From assembly GCA_002104905.1 (NCBI GenBank), contig MCFE01000178.1:62001-126000 (forward strand): a stretch of DNA of 64,000 nt. Direction: 5' to 3'. The notes under the pieces are model-generated. The model was not told where the DNA came from, ran no database searches, and saw nothing but the letters and a program-made list of their open reading frames with translations. This document shows, piece by piece, positions 1-12,014 of this stretch. This DNA comes from Basidiobolus meristosporus CBS 931.73 (lineage: Eukaryota; Fungi; Basidiobolomycota). Made by a program: the position numbers and the translations under genes. Every line of letters begins with the position of its first letter. Positions within the stretch are counted from its first letter, which is position 1.

Positions 1-59
1 TTGTCTTGCTAAGTTCACTTGTCTCACACACACTGGAATTGACCAAGTTAAAATCCTGT

Positions 60-1250
60 CTGGCAGGTAATAGCTCATTGTTCCTGTTGTCCTTCTGGAT
101 CTGAGTAGCATGGGTTCTCCAGTCAATTGATGGATTACAAAAAAATAGCCAGGTTTTCCCAAGTACAAGGTCAAACTTGCAGCTCCCAAATATATAGGCC
201 TGTAGATCTTCTTCATAGTCATTGATTGTCATCCTTACTAACTGAGTAATACAGTAAGTTATGTGAGAGTTCCCATCAGCTATTGCGGCTGATGTTGATT
301 TGGTGGGTTATGAGTTATTTTCAACTTTCAAAGCAAATTTCTCTGACATGTACTCATGCAATGCTCCTGAGTCAATCATGATCTTGTCAGGTACTCCACT
401 GATTACTCTATTCAGTATAATAGCTTTCCTGAGTTTGAGACCATCTGGGATAGGTATTCTTCTGTCATGCGGAAGGTGAGTTCTGAGTATTCTTCAAGTT
501 CATCCTCCATGTTACTATGCTCCATGGCCTCTATATGGTTATAGGTTCTTGATGGCTGGTATTCATTTCTTCTCTAAGGGCAGTACTTTGCAATATGTCC
601 TTGCTGGTGGCAATTGAAGCAAAGTCCTTTCTTGTTACATTCTTCTGAGTTAGGATTCTTCTGCATAGAGTCTATTTCCATTTGCACTGCTTCTGAATGT
701 CTTCTTTCATAGTGATTGTAGCCTTTCTGATTAGTCACTGTGGGCTTCCCAACTCCAAACATAGCAAAGTCCTAGTCAATGGCAATTTTGATGATTTCTT
801 CAATAGTCTGAGGCCTTTAATAATTCACTTCTTTACAGGTTCTTTCTTTCAACCCACCAATATACCTTGGCTTTCTATGAGCCAAAATACATCCTAAAAT
901 CTGAAAATATCTCCTACATAAGCTAAGTCTGCCAAACATTTGTCTCCTCTACTGAATTCTGGATCTTTCTCTACCAAGAGTGCTTTGTCATGCCTACTTC
1001 CAGGCAATGGCCTACTAAGTAAGAGGATATTACCCTGAATGTCAGACAGTGCTTGCAACTTCACACACTACGTCCTGTATATGCCGGAATAAAAGTGCCT
1101 CTGCCTTCTAGAAGGTTTGTTAATCCTACCTAGAACCAAATATTCCAAGCTTGCTCTAAGCCATTGATACCCTCTGCAGGGTGGTTGTCCATTGCTTTCA
1201 GCTGGGAATAAGTATTTCTAGGACTTTTATTGCGGTGGATGATGGGATGA
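60..1250 (-). mobile_element. Degenerate Ty3/gypsy retrotransposon gag-zinc knuckle-protease remnant
   Basis: Minus-strand translation gives gag-like RYIGGLK and PQTIEEIIKIA (about 780-870), CCHC knuckle CFNCHQQGHIAKYC (ORF 574-762), aspartic protease KIMIDSGA (about 360-390) and FDLVLGKTWL..NPSIDW (about 110-180). Interrupted by stops and frameshifts. Outer limits approximate. Confidence 0.75.
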
Positions 1251-3499
1251 AACCTTGTAGGGCAATAGTTCCTGGAATAGCAAAGAAGCTTAGAAAGGGA
1301 TATCCTTGAGTAGATTGGGGTAGATAGTCCACAGAAAATGGTATGAAACTCCTCTAATATGTCAAAAGAAAATTTACTGGTAGTGTTGGATAGATGAGCA
1401 AAGACCTTTCAGATGGGTCAGTCATATCAAAATTAGTATATCATTGAGTAGAGGTGATACATATTGATATGGCACATCCAGCTTAATTTATCTGATTTTT
1501 CATGCATTATAAATGAATCTTCATCAAATGCTGTGTATGCCATCCTTTTGTCACAAAAATCATACTCATACAATAACTTGGTGATGTTATTGATGAATTA
1601 CTCATGGGTATTTATCAAATAAGAAATCTGCAATGGTTGTGATCTAGTCCACGTTAATGCAATTCAAGATACATCATCAATGATATATGTAAAATTCAAC
1701 AATCACATTAGTTTTAATATAGAATTGATATAAGAACTGGTTGATGCCGATAAAATAATGTTTGATAATCCAAATCTATCACCATGGACCCTATACCAAG
1801 TCTTAAACTAGGTGTCTTCAAGAGAAATAAACACAGGACTCATCAAAGCACCAGTTCTAAAGTATCAGACAGAGGGTAAGTAAATAGCCTGAGGAATCAA
1901 AAGGTGAGCTTCAAAAGGAAAAATACTGACCACAAGCAACTATGTTGAAATTGCTTCAGCATACCTTGTTAGACTCCTAACTGTCCCCTGCAATGCCAGC
2001 TTGATGGTACATGCTAGCCTAATATCCACCAACACCCTCCACAAGAGCATGCCATGTCATGTCAACATGCATCAGAGCAACATGCTTTGAAACAAAACTA
2101 CCAGCACTCACTAAGCTGCTCATTTAGACACATGTCCATTGGAGCAGGCCAAGTTACATCAGCATGTAGCATCATATCAAGCTCAGCTAAGGGCTATGCC
2201 ATTGCATTAAGTGCACCTGCATGCATCATTTCACCTGACCATCAGCAAGTTACCTATGGTGAACTGACTTACCACAGCCCACATGAAGTGCCTTCACCAC
2301 TAGTGCTTTTGGAAAGTAAAAGAGTATGTCAGCACATGGCACTTCAGGCTGGTTCTGTCATATCATCCTGAGCATATCAGCATGACCAAGCTCCAGCATT
2401 GCACTCATCCACAAGGAGGCATAATGCTGACTACAAATACACAATTAACCACAAGGATGGTCAGCAAGGAAGTGGTTCAGGCATGCAAGATGAATCACTA
2501 CCAATGCTTCAGTAGTAATCCCTGTGAGAAAAAAAACAAGAGAAGATGATGCAATTGCATTGAACTGTCATCAGTTGTCCTGTTCCCAACAACACTTTTT
2601 TTGCAATCTAGATTGAGCAGTTGAAAATCAGTGATCACTAAATATTTTCTAAAAGAAATATCAAGGTTATATCACACTTAACACAGAGGACCTATAGTAA
2701 ACACACTTCATATATATACATCATCTGTAACACCAGTGCAGCTATTTGATGTGAATTGCACCTACACAATTGCTTGTGTGCTTGCCATGACCCCTTGTTC
2801 AACCACTACAATCGGGAATTTACTTGCTCAATGGGCCAAATGGGATACTTGATTATTGGTCAATGAGATCATTGGGGGCTAACAGCCTAGGGATATTTTT
2901 AGACCAATCAGCCATTGACATACTGCCCAATTGGAGTGACGGTAACCACCATGGCAAGTATCAGTATAGTTTGTAGTGAAATATTCATTTATATCCAGTT
3001 ACATTAAAGAAACATATTCAAACAACTCATTTTACACACCACAATAATGGTATCCAATTGCACATGTGATGCAAGCACCACAAATTGGCGCAATCATCTG
3101 TGTCAACCCCATCATATCAGATCATGCCATTGTTTGCAAGATTGTCCCACATAGTGCAAAGTTTTCTAAGGGCAATCCTATCTACTAGTGGCTAAAATAT
3201 TGCACCTGTTTGTTCTTTGCACCCACAAATTGCACCATGCACCCTGGCACAAAACAATGCAACAAGTCTATTGTTTGCCTGAATACTTCATTTCAGGGCT
3301 CATCTGTACATCTTCATCTACTCCCATGTTCTTTCCCTTGGACAGAATCTTTACTACAGGCTCCTTTGCCTCCTTCCTTGAAGCATCATGTAGTATTTCT
3401 TCTTTTGCACTTTGACTGTACTGACTGAAGGGCTTATATGTGCTGATTACCATTGGCCTCATGGCAAGGAACTTAGTTTTTGAATGCTTTCTTCTCTTT

Positions 3500-4300
3500 T
3501 TGTTCCAGTACATGTACTTGTTCATACCATTTTCACATATGGGCCTGGTGACCTACTTCTCCATAAATGCAGCACAGATATTGTTGTTGTGCTTGTTCAA
3601 TCTTCTGGGTCAGGGCTTGTTCCTTGGCCTTAAGATCTACACCAGCATCCCAGTACCTATCACCCTCTTTTGGGACTTCCTGGACATTGCTGATGAGGAG
3701 TTGTTGGACCTTTAGCTATCATTCCTCTAACTCCTGGTAATTAGGGGTGACAGTTTTACCTTACATATGGAAGATTCATGTACTTTGATCACTTGTATTA
3801 CTGTAGGGTAGCCCCCCTGGTAGGATGACCCCTCTTACCTGATTGACCAACTCTTGCATTGTTTTATATTCTGGTTGCCATTGGATGCCATTTGTCTTAT
3901 TTTGTTGTCTAAGCCCATGATGCAATACCTCATGAGCTGTGGCTAGGCTATTTCATCCTTTGGGGGACATCATATTTGTTGCAGAAATTGTTCAGTGTAA
4001 GCTTTATAGCTCTTGCTGCTATTGTTCTGTGGGGATGGTGGGGGGGCTTCATAGTGGTGTCCTTTGGCATAGACGGCATCCCTTATAGGCCTCTTCTAGC
4101 ATGTTCCAGTCACCATTGATTATTTCTTCCAACTCATAATTCCATTGCCATGATGAGCCTTCCATATGTCTGGCAAACTCTCTTACTTGCCTATTGTTTC
4201 TCTACTTTACATGAACCACAACCTTCTAAAAGTTACTGAGCCACTCCACAACTTTCTTTCTCTTCCATTTGTACACTTTTTGCTTCATTGTAGCATTCAT
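3500..4300 (-). mobile_element. Second degenerate retrotransposon gag remnant (gypsy-like)
   Basis: Minus strand reads VEWLSNF..EFARHMEGSSWQW..DWNMLEEAY, then YTEQFLQQ..LMRYCIMGLDNKIRQ, then a decayed knuckle CCIYGEVGHQAH. Several in-frame stops. Confidence 0.5.
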
Positions 4301-5914
4301 TACCTCACTTCTACCTATTTCCACAGAAACAGCACCAAATCTGACAGTTATTACTGACTATACTTACTAGTTGGGAGAGCTTGTAGGTCCAGTCAGTACT
4401 GCTTGGTTCTGAATAGCTTTTAGTAGAAGGTAGTTTGGTGATAAAGATATATGTTTATTACATCAGAATTTGTCCTCCTTAATTTGACTCGATTGACTAT
4501 ATATATTGCAAAGAGAGGGGCTTGGGTGGTGGATGATGTGTTATAAGATAGGGACATCAACAACTTCCTGTCATGGTAAGTGTTTTGCTCTCAGTTGCCC
4601 ATCAAAAGTCTTCCAAACAAGTGACACTGAATTGCACCAATCAGCAAAGGGAGGCTGTAATTAAGTAGTTTTGCAGCAGTACTTTGTGGGCCAGAGTATT
4701 GTGCTCTTCTTGCAGTAGAGTCAAACCATTAGTTGTACTAGGTGTACCTAACCCATTAGAAAGGTACCTTTTGGTAATAAAAACACTCACTTGCTATCAG
4801 TTAGTGTAAGAGCCAGCAGGCTGCTCTGGATTAGTCTTATCAGGGAGATCTTTAGTAGTATTCCTATAGGAGAGGTGTTTGATAAGATGGTGCATTCATT
4901 CCTCCTATTGAAAGTTTACTGGATTATATATTACTTCCTTGCCAGTCATTACTGTGTAAATGTCCAGCTACATGACTACATCTTTTAGATGCTGACTAAT
5001 TGCAAAACATTTTCCTTTAGTATGCTGAGCTACACTAACTTAGATTTGTTAGCTTTTCAACAGGTGTACTATTTGTGTTCTAATAGTTCTTTGCTTGTGG
5101 TAGCAGGTGTTTCTGCTTAGAAATCTCAGTCACAATAATGAGAGAAGTGGGGAGGAGCATAATAATAAATGTGGTGCAGACGCTACTTTGCCTAGTCTTG
5201 CCCTATGCAGAATATAAAAAAGTGTGCTGTGAGAGTGATACTTGAGATGTTGAGGCTGTCACACCCAGAAAGCTGAAGGTCAGTCAATATTGTAATGGTA
5301 TTGCACTTGCCTTTTCCAAATATTTTGATTAGTGCTTTTTCATTTCTGTTGGTGCTTGTTGACTTTTGTCACCAATGCTACTAGCTATGCATTGTAGTAT
5401 AGAGGCTCATGTAAATATATTGAACTACTTGGTATCATTTGGCAGCTAAACACTTACTTGGCCCCCTTAGACTTGTCTCATTCACTCCAGGTATCACTTC
5501 AACCATAATTTAAGTTTGTTTAGATCTATGATCCTTGGATTACTGAATTGTAGCTTGAGAAGTACTTAGATTTACTGCACTCATCATGAGATAATGATAA
5601 CTTCTCAACTGTAGCTTACTCACAACAATGCAAAGTATCAATACCCTTGTGGAAGTAATACAGCTGTAGCACTTGGAAAGGAGAGTTTCTCAACATTCAG
5701 GAGTATGCTGTAAAAGTTTCAGGGATAGTAAATAGTGTTTAGTAAAAGTTCTAATTTGATCTTGACCATGGGGGAACAATCATAGCATCAGAGATATGTG
5801 ACAAAGTGGCAAAGTTAGGGTTGTAAATTAGTTCAACTTTAAGCAAGACCAGTCCAAAATTATCAAGTAAAGTCATGCTTGCAGAATGATACAAGATAGT
5901 CCAGTATATCAACA

Positions 5915-6090
5915 CTCCCCCTAAATTCAATAATTTCTTAATGATAAATTCTCTTGGAGATTCTCAACCTGTGGCATTGCTAGTGGTTTTGTCAACATAT
6001 TTGCCACCATTTTGCTAGTTTGTCAGTAAACTAACTCTTCTAAGCTACTATATTTGTTTGGCTATAATAAGCACACCAAAAGATTGCAGC
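5915..6090 (-). mobile_element. Ty1/copia 3-prime remnant (RNase H end, polypurine tract, LTR start at 5914 running leftwards)
   Basis: Minus strand MVANMLTKPLAMPQVENLQENLSLRNY* (copia MxADxLTKPL motif), then AGGGGGAG (5915-5922) directly abutting TGTTGA. The far end of the LTR was not resolved. Confidence 0.6.
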
Positions 6091-6109
6091 ACTTCTTCAA
6101 GAGCACTGC

Positions 6110-6730
6110 CCAAGAAAATGCACTTGAATATTGCAAATATTTGGTGCAAAGACTGGCAGATGGGGTAGAATAACTTGCAGTGCAGGCAGAAGACCAGGAT
6201 GTATGAGTACAAGTGAATGGAGAATAACATCAAGCTGTAGGGTACCTGCCGGATTCATGAACAAATGCTATTTAGGCAAAAGTACCTATTGGATAATGCA
6301 TTTTGACAGAGTTACTAACTCTATGTAGGGTAGGGCTTAATGCTAGTATTGAGCAGAGGCACCTATTTAGGACAGTAAGATTGGCAACAAAATTACAACT
6401 GTAGACCAAATGGAAATAAGTCAATTTGTAGGCATGAAAAGTAAGAGCATTCTTTGTGTCAGGAAGTGAGGAGTGTGAAGAAAAGGCAATAGTGATGTAA
6501 TATATGCATAAGTAGGAGGTGATTGAGTGCCTGGAATCAAGGAGTGAGAGTACTGGCAGAGCACCAATCAGAAGCCACTCATAAGTTGTTGACATGAGAA
6601 ATTTGACTAAGTTGATTGTGAAATCTGAAGTGTGATTTCTTAAACTATCTTTGCACAGTGTTCTCACATAATCAATACCTCTTAGTCACACAATTAAACT
6701 CAGTGCTGGTCTTTTGATTGGATCATCACA
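6110..6730 (+). repeat. Copy of a CACTA-associated accessory-ORF repeat family (homologous to 60080-60700 and 61350-61960)
   Basis: Nucleotide similarity by eye, e.g. cacttgaatattgcaa, caaagactggcagat, gcatgaaaagtaagagcatt and atcaatacctcttagt are shared with the 60-62 kb copies. Lies next to transposase remnants. Confidence 0.65.
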
Positions 6731-6749
6731 TTCATATATCAAGGCAGTA

Positions 6750-7500
6750 TAGCATACAAACCATCCCAACACCAGTATATGTTAATACTTGCATGACACT
6801 CACATTTGTAAAGGCCCTTATTGCAAGGTGTCCGGCTTGTCAGAAATTCACCACCATGGGAGCAAAATATTGGTCACACAGTGGATATATTCTAATAATG
6901 CCCCATCTCTAGAAGCTCATGTAGTCCAGCAAATATTTAGAAACTGTAAAGTACCGCATCCAGTATCTATTAATTGCCAACATTATCAATGTATTTGATG
7001 ATAGACATGGATAGCAACTAAAAAGCTAAAGCCACCTTGAAGGCTTATATGATCATCTCTTTACCTTGGCATCTCATGGATTCTGATTAAGCAAGTACTC
7101 TACCAGCTAATTTCACTGGCCATTAACTCCTAGCAACCTTAATTTGCAGCCAATCTTATGCTATAGAGCAGAAATTTGTTGATAGTCTTAATGATATCAG
7201 GGCCTATATTACCATCCATCCTAAATAGATACCTGTCTCCATTGCTAGATGAGTTTTGCATTGTTTTCAGCAAGATAATATTAAGTGGTCATAATACCAA
7301 AGTGCATATCATGATCAGATTGGAGATAACCCAGCCATCAACAATACACCTGGTTTTTCTGGGCATAATGGATGGTCTTGATGTCAAATGTGTGTGATTC
7401 AGGGGATTTGCTCCATAATTTGCAAACTCTAACAACATCATCTTACCATAGAGAGAACATTAGCCATATGCTCATGACCAGTAGTACCTGGGACATTTCA
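6750..7500 (+). mobile_element. CACTA/En-Spm (CMC) transposase remnant
   Basis: VNTCMTLTF..RCPACQ N-terminal Cys motif (ORF 6718-6912) and LMISGPILPSILNRYLSPLLDEF (ORF 7176-7397), matching the IPGP..P..LNSYLxPLVDEL block of Transposase_21-type proteins. Confidence 0.65.
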
Positions 7501-9480
7501 AGTTATTGCAATGAAAAACAATTGTGTCTTACAAGTGCATCTGATCTGGATCAGCTGTCAGGATTCTGCAAATAGTCTGTCATAATGCCAGCAACTTGAT
7601 ATTATTCACTCTTGACACAATTTTGTGATGGGATTGCAGGAATATTTTGCTGATTTTACTGCCAAAATATTTCAGAAACTTGACAGTGTTTCAGCAGTCT
7701 TTTGACAAGAATTGCATGGTATTTTAATGTTCATGAAGTGTGCTATACTTATTTGAGCAGATCTAACCAGCAAATATACCCAATTATCCTATATTGCAAG
7801 AAATGTGATGGTGTTATGACAGCATCATGGCAAACCATTGCTGGCACTATAATAGCAGTTCAGCAGCATACAGCAAGAGCTGTATAATGCAGCAGTACCA
7901 ACTTACTAAATGGTAATTTCTTTTTCTACCCCCCCTGTGCCATTCATATTACATTTGCAGAATTGCCCTACTTTATTTACTTATCCACTGCAACCCTGGA
8001 TATCTCACATATAATTTGAATCCAAAAAACTATGGTCTCCAGCATACTTTGGTAAAATTGTCCTATTAAAATGAGTTGCTTGTTGCACCTATCCCAACTT
8101 TGCAATACATACCTGATTGCCCACTCATTAGAGCTCCTTGGCTTCTTACTGCCAAAGGCTTAGGGATCTCCATTTGCACACCTGTCCTCAGCATTTCCCA
8201 ACTGTTCCAGGCTGTCCTTCATATGCCAGCTCATCACATCCATGAGACACTTTAAGGTAATATACATGATAAGATTAGGATATGGCAGTACCTGCAACTT
8301 GACTGTTGTTTCTATGTCCCCACATATCTGCTCAATGAGCATCATCCAAAAGGTGAAGTAAGTCCCAATGCTCTCCACACACTAAGCAAGATGAAGTAGA
8401 GAATGAATATAGTAGCAGTAGAGATCTATGTGCTCAGCTCTATGCTTGTAGCATAGTTGCTCAAATCCCAGATGCATTGTTCCTAGTGGAGAGCTTTTGC
8501 TCCAACAGGTACTCTTAATCTTAGGTATCACTGGTTTCTAATTAATAACATATTCCAGCCAATGCCTAATAGCTTGCCAACTTTGCTGCATCTGTATGCT
8601 GACTTCTGCATGTTCTCTCTGTGGAACAATGATGTACTTAGTTTTGTTGCTTGGATAATAATAATGTGTGTGAGCTATAGAGTAGGTACCCTGGATCTCA
8701 CACATTTGACAGCAATATCATGCATTGTGCCCAGAAATGCCAGCTATCTTGCTGATGGCTGGAGTATTTCCATTGCAGATGGTAATATGTGCTTTCACAT
8801 GACAGCCAGTTACTGTTGTCCTGCTGGAAAGTGTACAAAGTTCATCCAGCAATGGAAACAGGTAGCTATCCAGGTTGGATAGTGACTTAGGCCCAGAAAC
8901 AAGTGACACTACAATCAGATTGATGCTCTGGTACTATAAGATAGGTGGCAGATTCAGGTTGATCAGAATTAGTGGTCTGCAGGATTTGCTGATAGAGTAC
9001 TTGTTTAATGAGTATTCATCAAGTGCCAAGGCAAAGGCATGGTAATACATACCTTTAAAGTAGCCCTTGCTTCTTAGCTGTTTGTAATTTTTGCCATCAA
9101 ATGTATCTGATATGTTTGAGCTTGATTGATACTGAGTGTGGTACTTTATAGCTTTTCAATATTTGTTAGACTGCACAAGCTTCTTTAGATGGGGTATTGC
9201 TGAAATATATCCAGAGTGTGAACAATGCTTTCCCCAATGGTGGTGGATTCCTGGCAATTTGGAGACATTGCAATGGTAGCATTTATGAATGTGAGTGCCA
9301 TGCAACTGTTAACACATGCTGGAATCAGGATAGTCTCTGGGTCATATGTTGCCAGTTGCATGACAGTTATCCACTTGTACCATGTTTCATTGTAAGCTGC
9401 ATCCTGGAGTGATTTTGGCAAGCAGTAGTAATAAGTCCTCAAAGCCCCAGTTACTAATATTAGTGGAAACATGTCACTTC
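7500..9480 (-). mobile_element. CACTA/En-Spm (CMC) transposase pseudogene
   Basis: Minus-strand fragments ACVNSCMA..SPNCQE (9185-9472), LVSGPKSLSNLDSYLFPLLDEL..GNTPAISKIAGISGHNA (8718-8909) and WMMLIEQICG..PYPNL (8160-8378). Collinear with the copies at 55.5-57.1 and 57.3-59.1 kb. Confidence 0.75.
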
Positions 9481-9774
9481 TCTAGCCACATCATTATATC
9501 ATTCACTAGTAAATGCATCACTGGGCCTACTGGGCTCCATAAAGTATCTTTGGCATTTGCTTCAACAGGTGTTGTCTCTTTGCATATTATGATTTGACTG
9601 GGCTCATGCATGGTGCTGCTGTTAGTAGAGATAGGCTTGCAATCCATCAGCAAGCATTCTTTTTCAGTACTATCACTCTGTATGCCATATTCAGAGGGCT
9701 GAGATGAGTCTACAGGCCACACAAACTCACCTGACTTAGTTTGTGCATGGCAACAAAATGATTAGGTGCCAATA

Positions 9775-10505
9775 GACTTGTTCTGTTGGATAGTGCCACA
9801 TTGAGCCATGAGTGCCAAATGATGCCATAGTGTGCCAGAGAGGTCAAGTGAGCCTATACTTGGCCACAGAGTGTGAAACATAGCTCTGCATCTTCATGTA
9901 AAGCAGCCCCTGTGTTTCACCCATTGCGCAGGAGAAAATCCATATTTTGACCTTTTTTGTGGATTAATGTAGCTCAGGATTTGTAAGAGCACAGGAGAAC
10001 TGAAGATATGCATCTGGTACTCAATACTCATGACACTCTGAATCTAGCTCCTGTAGCTTGTATCATGTCACAAAAATGAATGGCACTATCTTGGTCAACT
10101 GGTACTATCTGGCACTATATTTAAATATTAGCCCTAAAGTAAGATCTATACAAAGCACTTATAGTGCCAGACAGTACCAGCGGACTAGGATAGTGCCATT
10201 CATTTTTGTGACATGATACAAGCTACAGGAGCTAGATTCAGAGTGCCATACATATTGAGTACCAGATGCCCATCTTCAATCTGCTTGTGCTCTAACACAT
10301 CCTGCACAACATTGATCCAAAAAAAAAGGTCAATAAATGGATTTTCTCCAACACAATGGGTGAAACACAGGGGCTGCTTTGCATGAAGATGCAGAGCTAC
10401 GTTTCACACTCTGTGGCCAGGTAGAGGCTCACTTGGCCTCTCTGGCACACTATGGCATCATTTGGCACTCATGGCTCAATGTGGCACTATCCAACAGAAC
10501 AAGTC
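9775..10505. mobile_element. Foldback/MITE element: about 345 bp inverted arms around a 40 bp spacer, copy 1
   Basis: GACTTGTTCTGTTGGATAGTGCCAC at 9775 is the reverse complement of GTGGCACTATCCAACAGAACAAGTC ending at 10505. Arms are 9775-10119 and 10160-10505. Flanked by TA on both sides. Confidence 0.88.
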
Positions 10506-11229
10506 TAGTATATAAATATCAACCAGCCAGCAATATGTTGTTGGTACAGTAGGGACTATTGAATGGTCAAATATGACTTTTGTGGCAAAACACTGGTCAT
10601 GATCTTTGTAATACTTCCTATGCTGTATATGTGGTTCATGGCTGAGAGGCTTACTACAATAGCCACCTGATATTTTTCCACTCTCTTATGGCATTGATTC
10701 ATTATAGTCTTGTCCATGGGGCAAGCAGTTTGACCTTCAAGAACATACTGCTATAATATTACTTTTGGTCAATACTCATTTGAATTTAAGACAGACATGT
10801 ATTTGATACATTGCACCTACATGAATGCAATATTTAATGATGACCTGCCATAATAAGCATTATAAGTAAAGTTGTGGCACAACATACACATGTGTATGTA
10901 GCACTATTTCCCCATTGGTTTAACTCACTTCCATATATATGCTGCCAACAACTAGAGCAATGTTGTCTGGTTCCCAACCAAACTGCACTGCTGACAGCAG
11001 CAGAACAGTGGTTGGACAATAGCTTGCTTTGATATATAGTACAACTAGCAGAGCTACATCTAAAAAGGCCATGTTTACAGTGTGCCTACTGAAGGTAATA
11101 ATGCAGACTTCTCAGGCTCTCAGTCAAGTAGGCAACCAAGAGCCTCTGCCAAGCCACAAGCTGACTGTTATGCACAGACAGATGAGAATGTGGCAAATGT
11201 GGTGCCCTTATTTGAAGACCAGCAAGTAG

Positions 11230-12010
11230 CTGTCATAACATTAGCACCACCTATATTAGCAAGTATGCTGCCAGCTTGTACCAAAGCATTAATGAATCCA
11301 TGCTTCATTGCTAGGGCTTGTGTTGCATAAGATCCACATTCTCCATTATCTGCAATATGGGTACCAACTGAACCATGTCTGAGATACACATCTTTTTTAA
11401 GAAATCTTGCTACTGCTTTTGCATTGGCTTGTTTCAGCATAGTAGCCTCTATTCAACTGGTAAAGCTATTACAACAGTCCACTACATACTTATACCCTGC
11501 AGTTTCCCTGGTAAATATATAATATCTACATGTGAAATTTGCCAAGCATAAGATGTGTATTTACTGTGAAGTGGCTCATGCATCTTTTGGCTGTCACTTT
11601 TTTGACATGGAATACATGATTTCACATATTCTTTTGTGTTGGTGTATAGCATTGGCCAAAAATACTGTACAGAGATTTTTGCATATGTTGATGTAATTCA
11701 CTTATGATCTCCTGATTCAGATTCATGCAATTCCTGGATGATCTTTCCTTGATCATACTTGTCATGTATATACTCTCAAGGAACTCCATGTTTGCATTTT
11801 CTGAAAAGTGTGCCATTATGCAGTATAAACTTCAAAGCCTTCTTTTTAGAATTGTATGTTGATTTGTGGGAGTATCAGCAGGAACTTTGAGTGATGCAAG
11901 ATATTCCTTGATTTGTTGATGATTACTTTATGTCATATGTCTGTATGAGAATCCAAGACTTGTCTTGTTTTCAAGAAACTCATCATCTCATTATCATCAG
12001 TTGAGTGTGG
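11230..12010 (-). mobile_element. Ty3/gypsy integrase remnant
   Basis: Minus strand IIQELHESESGDH..TYAKISVQYFWPMLYTNTKEYVKSCIPCQK (HHCC zinc finger), then HVDIIYLP and AVARFLKKDVYLRHG..HIADNG (rve core). Frameshifted. Confidence 0.8.
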
Positions 12011-12014
12011 TGAA

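Noticed and set aside
1380-1900. Possible DNA-transposon coding remnant on the minus strand (also 2700-3150, 10520-11200, 21400-22650 and 62000-63500)
   Set aside because: CpG-depleted and probably repeat-derived, but no diagnostic motif could be read, so no call was made.
6272-6740. Minus-strand ORF with kinase-like CDDPIKRP
   Set aside because: No other kinase subdomains. It is antisense to the repeat whose plus-strand frame is the conserved one in all three copies.
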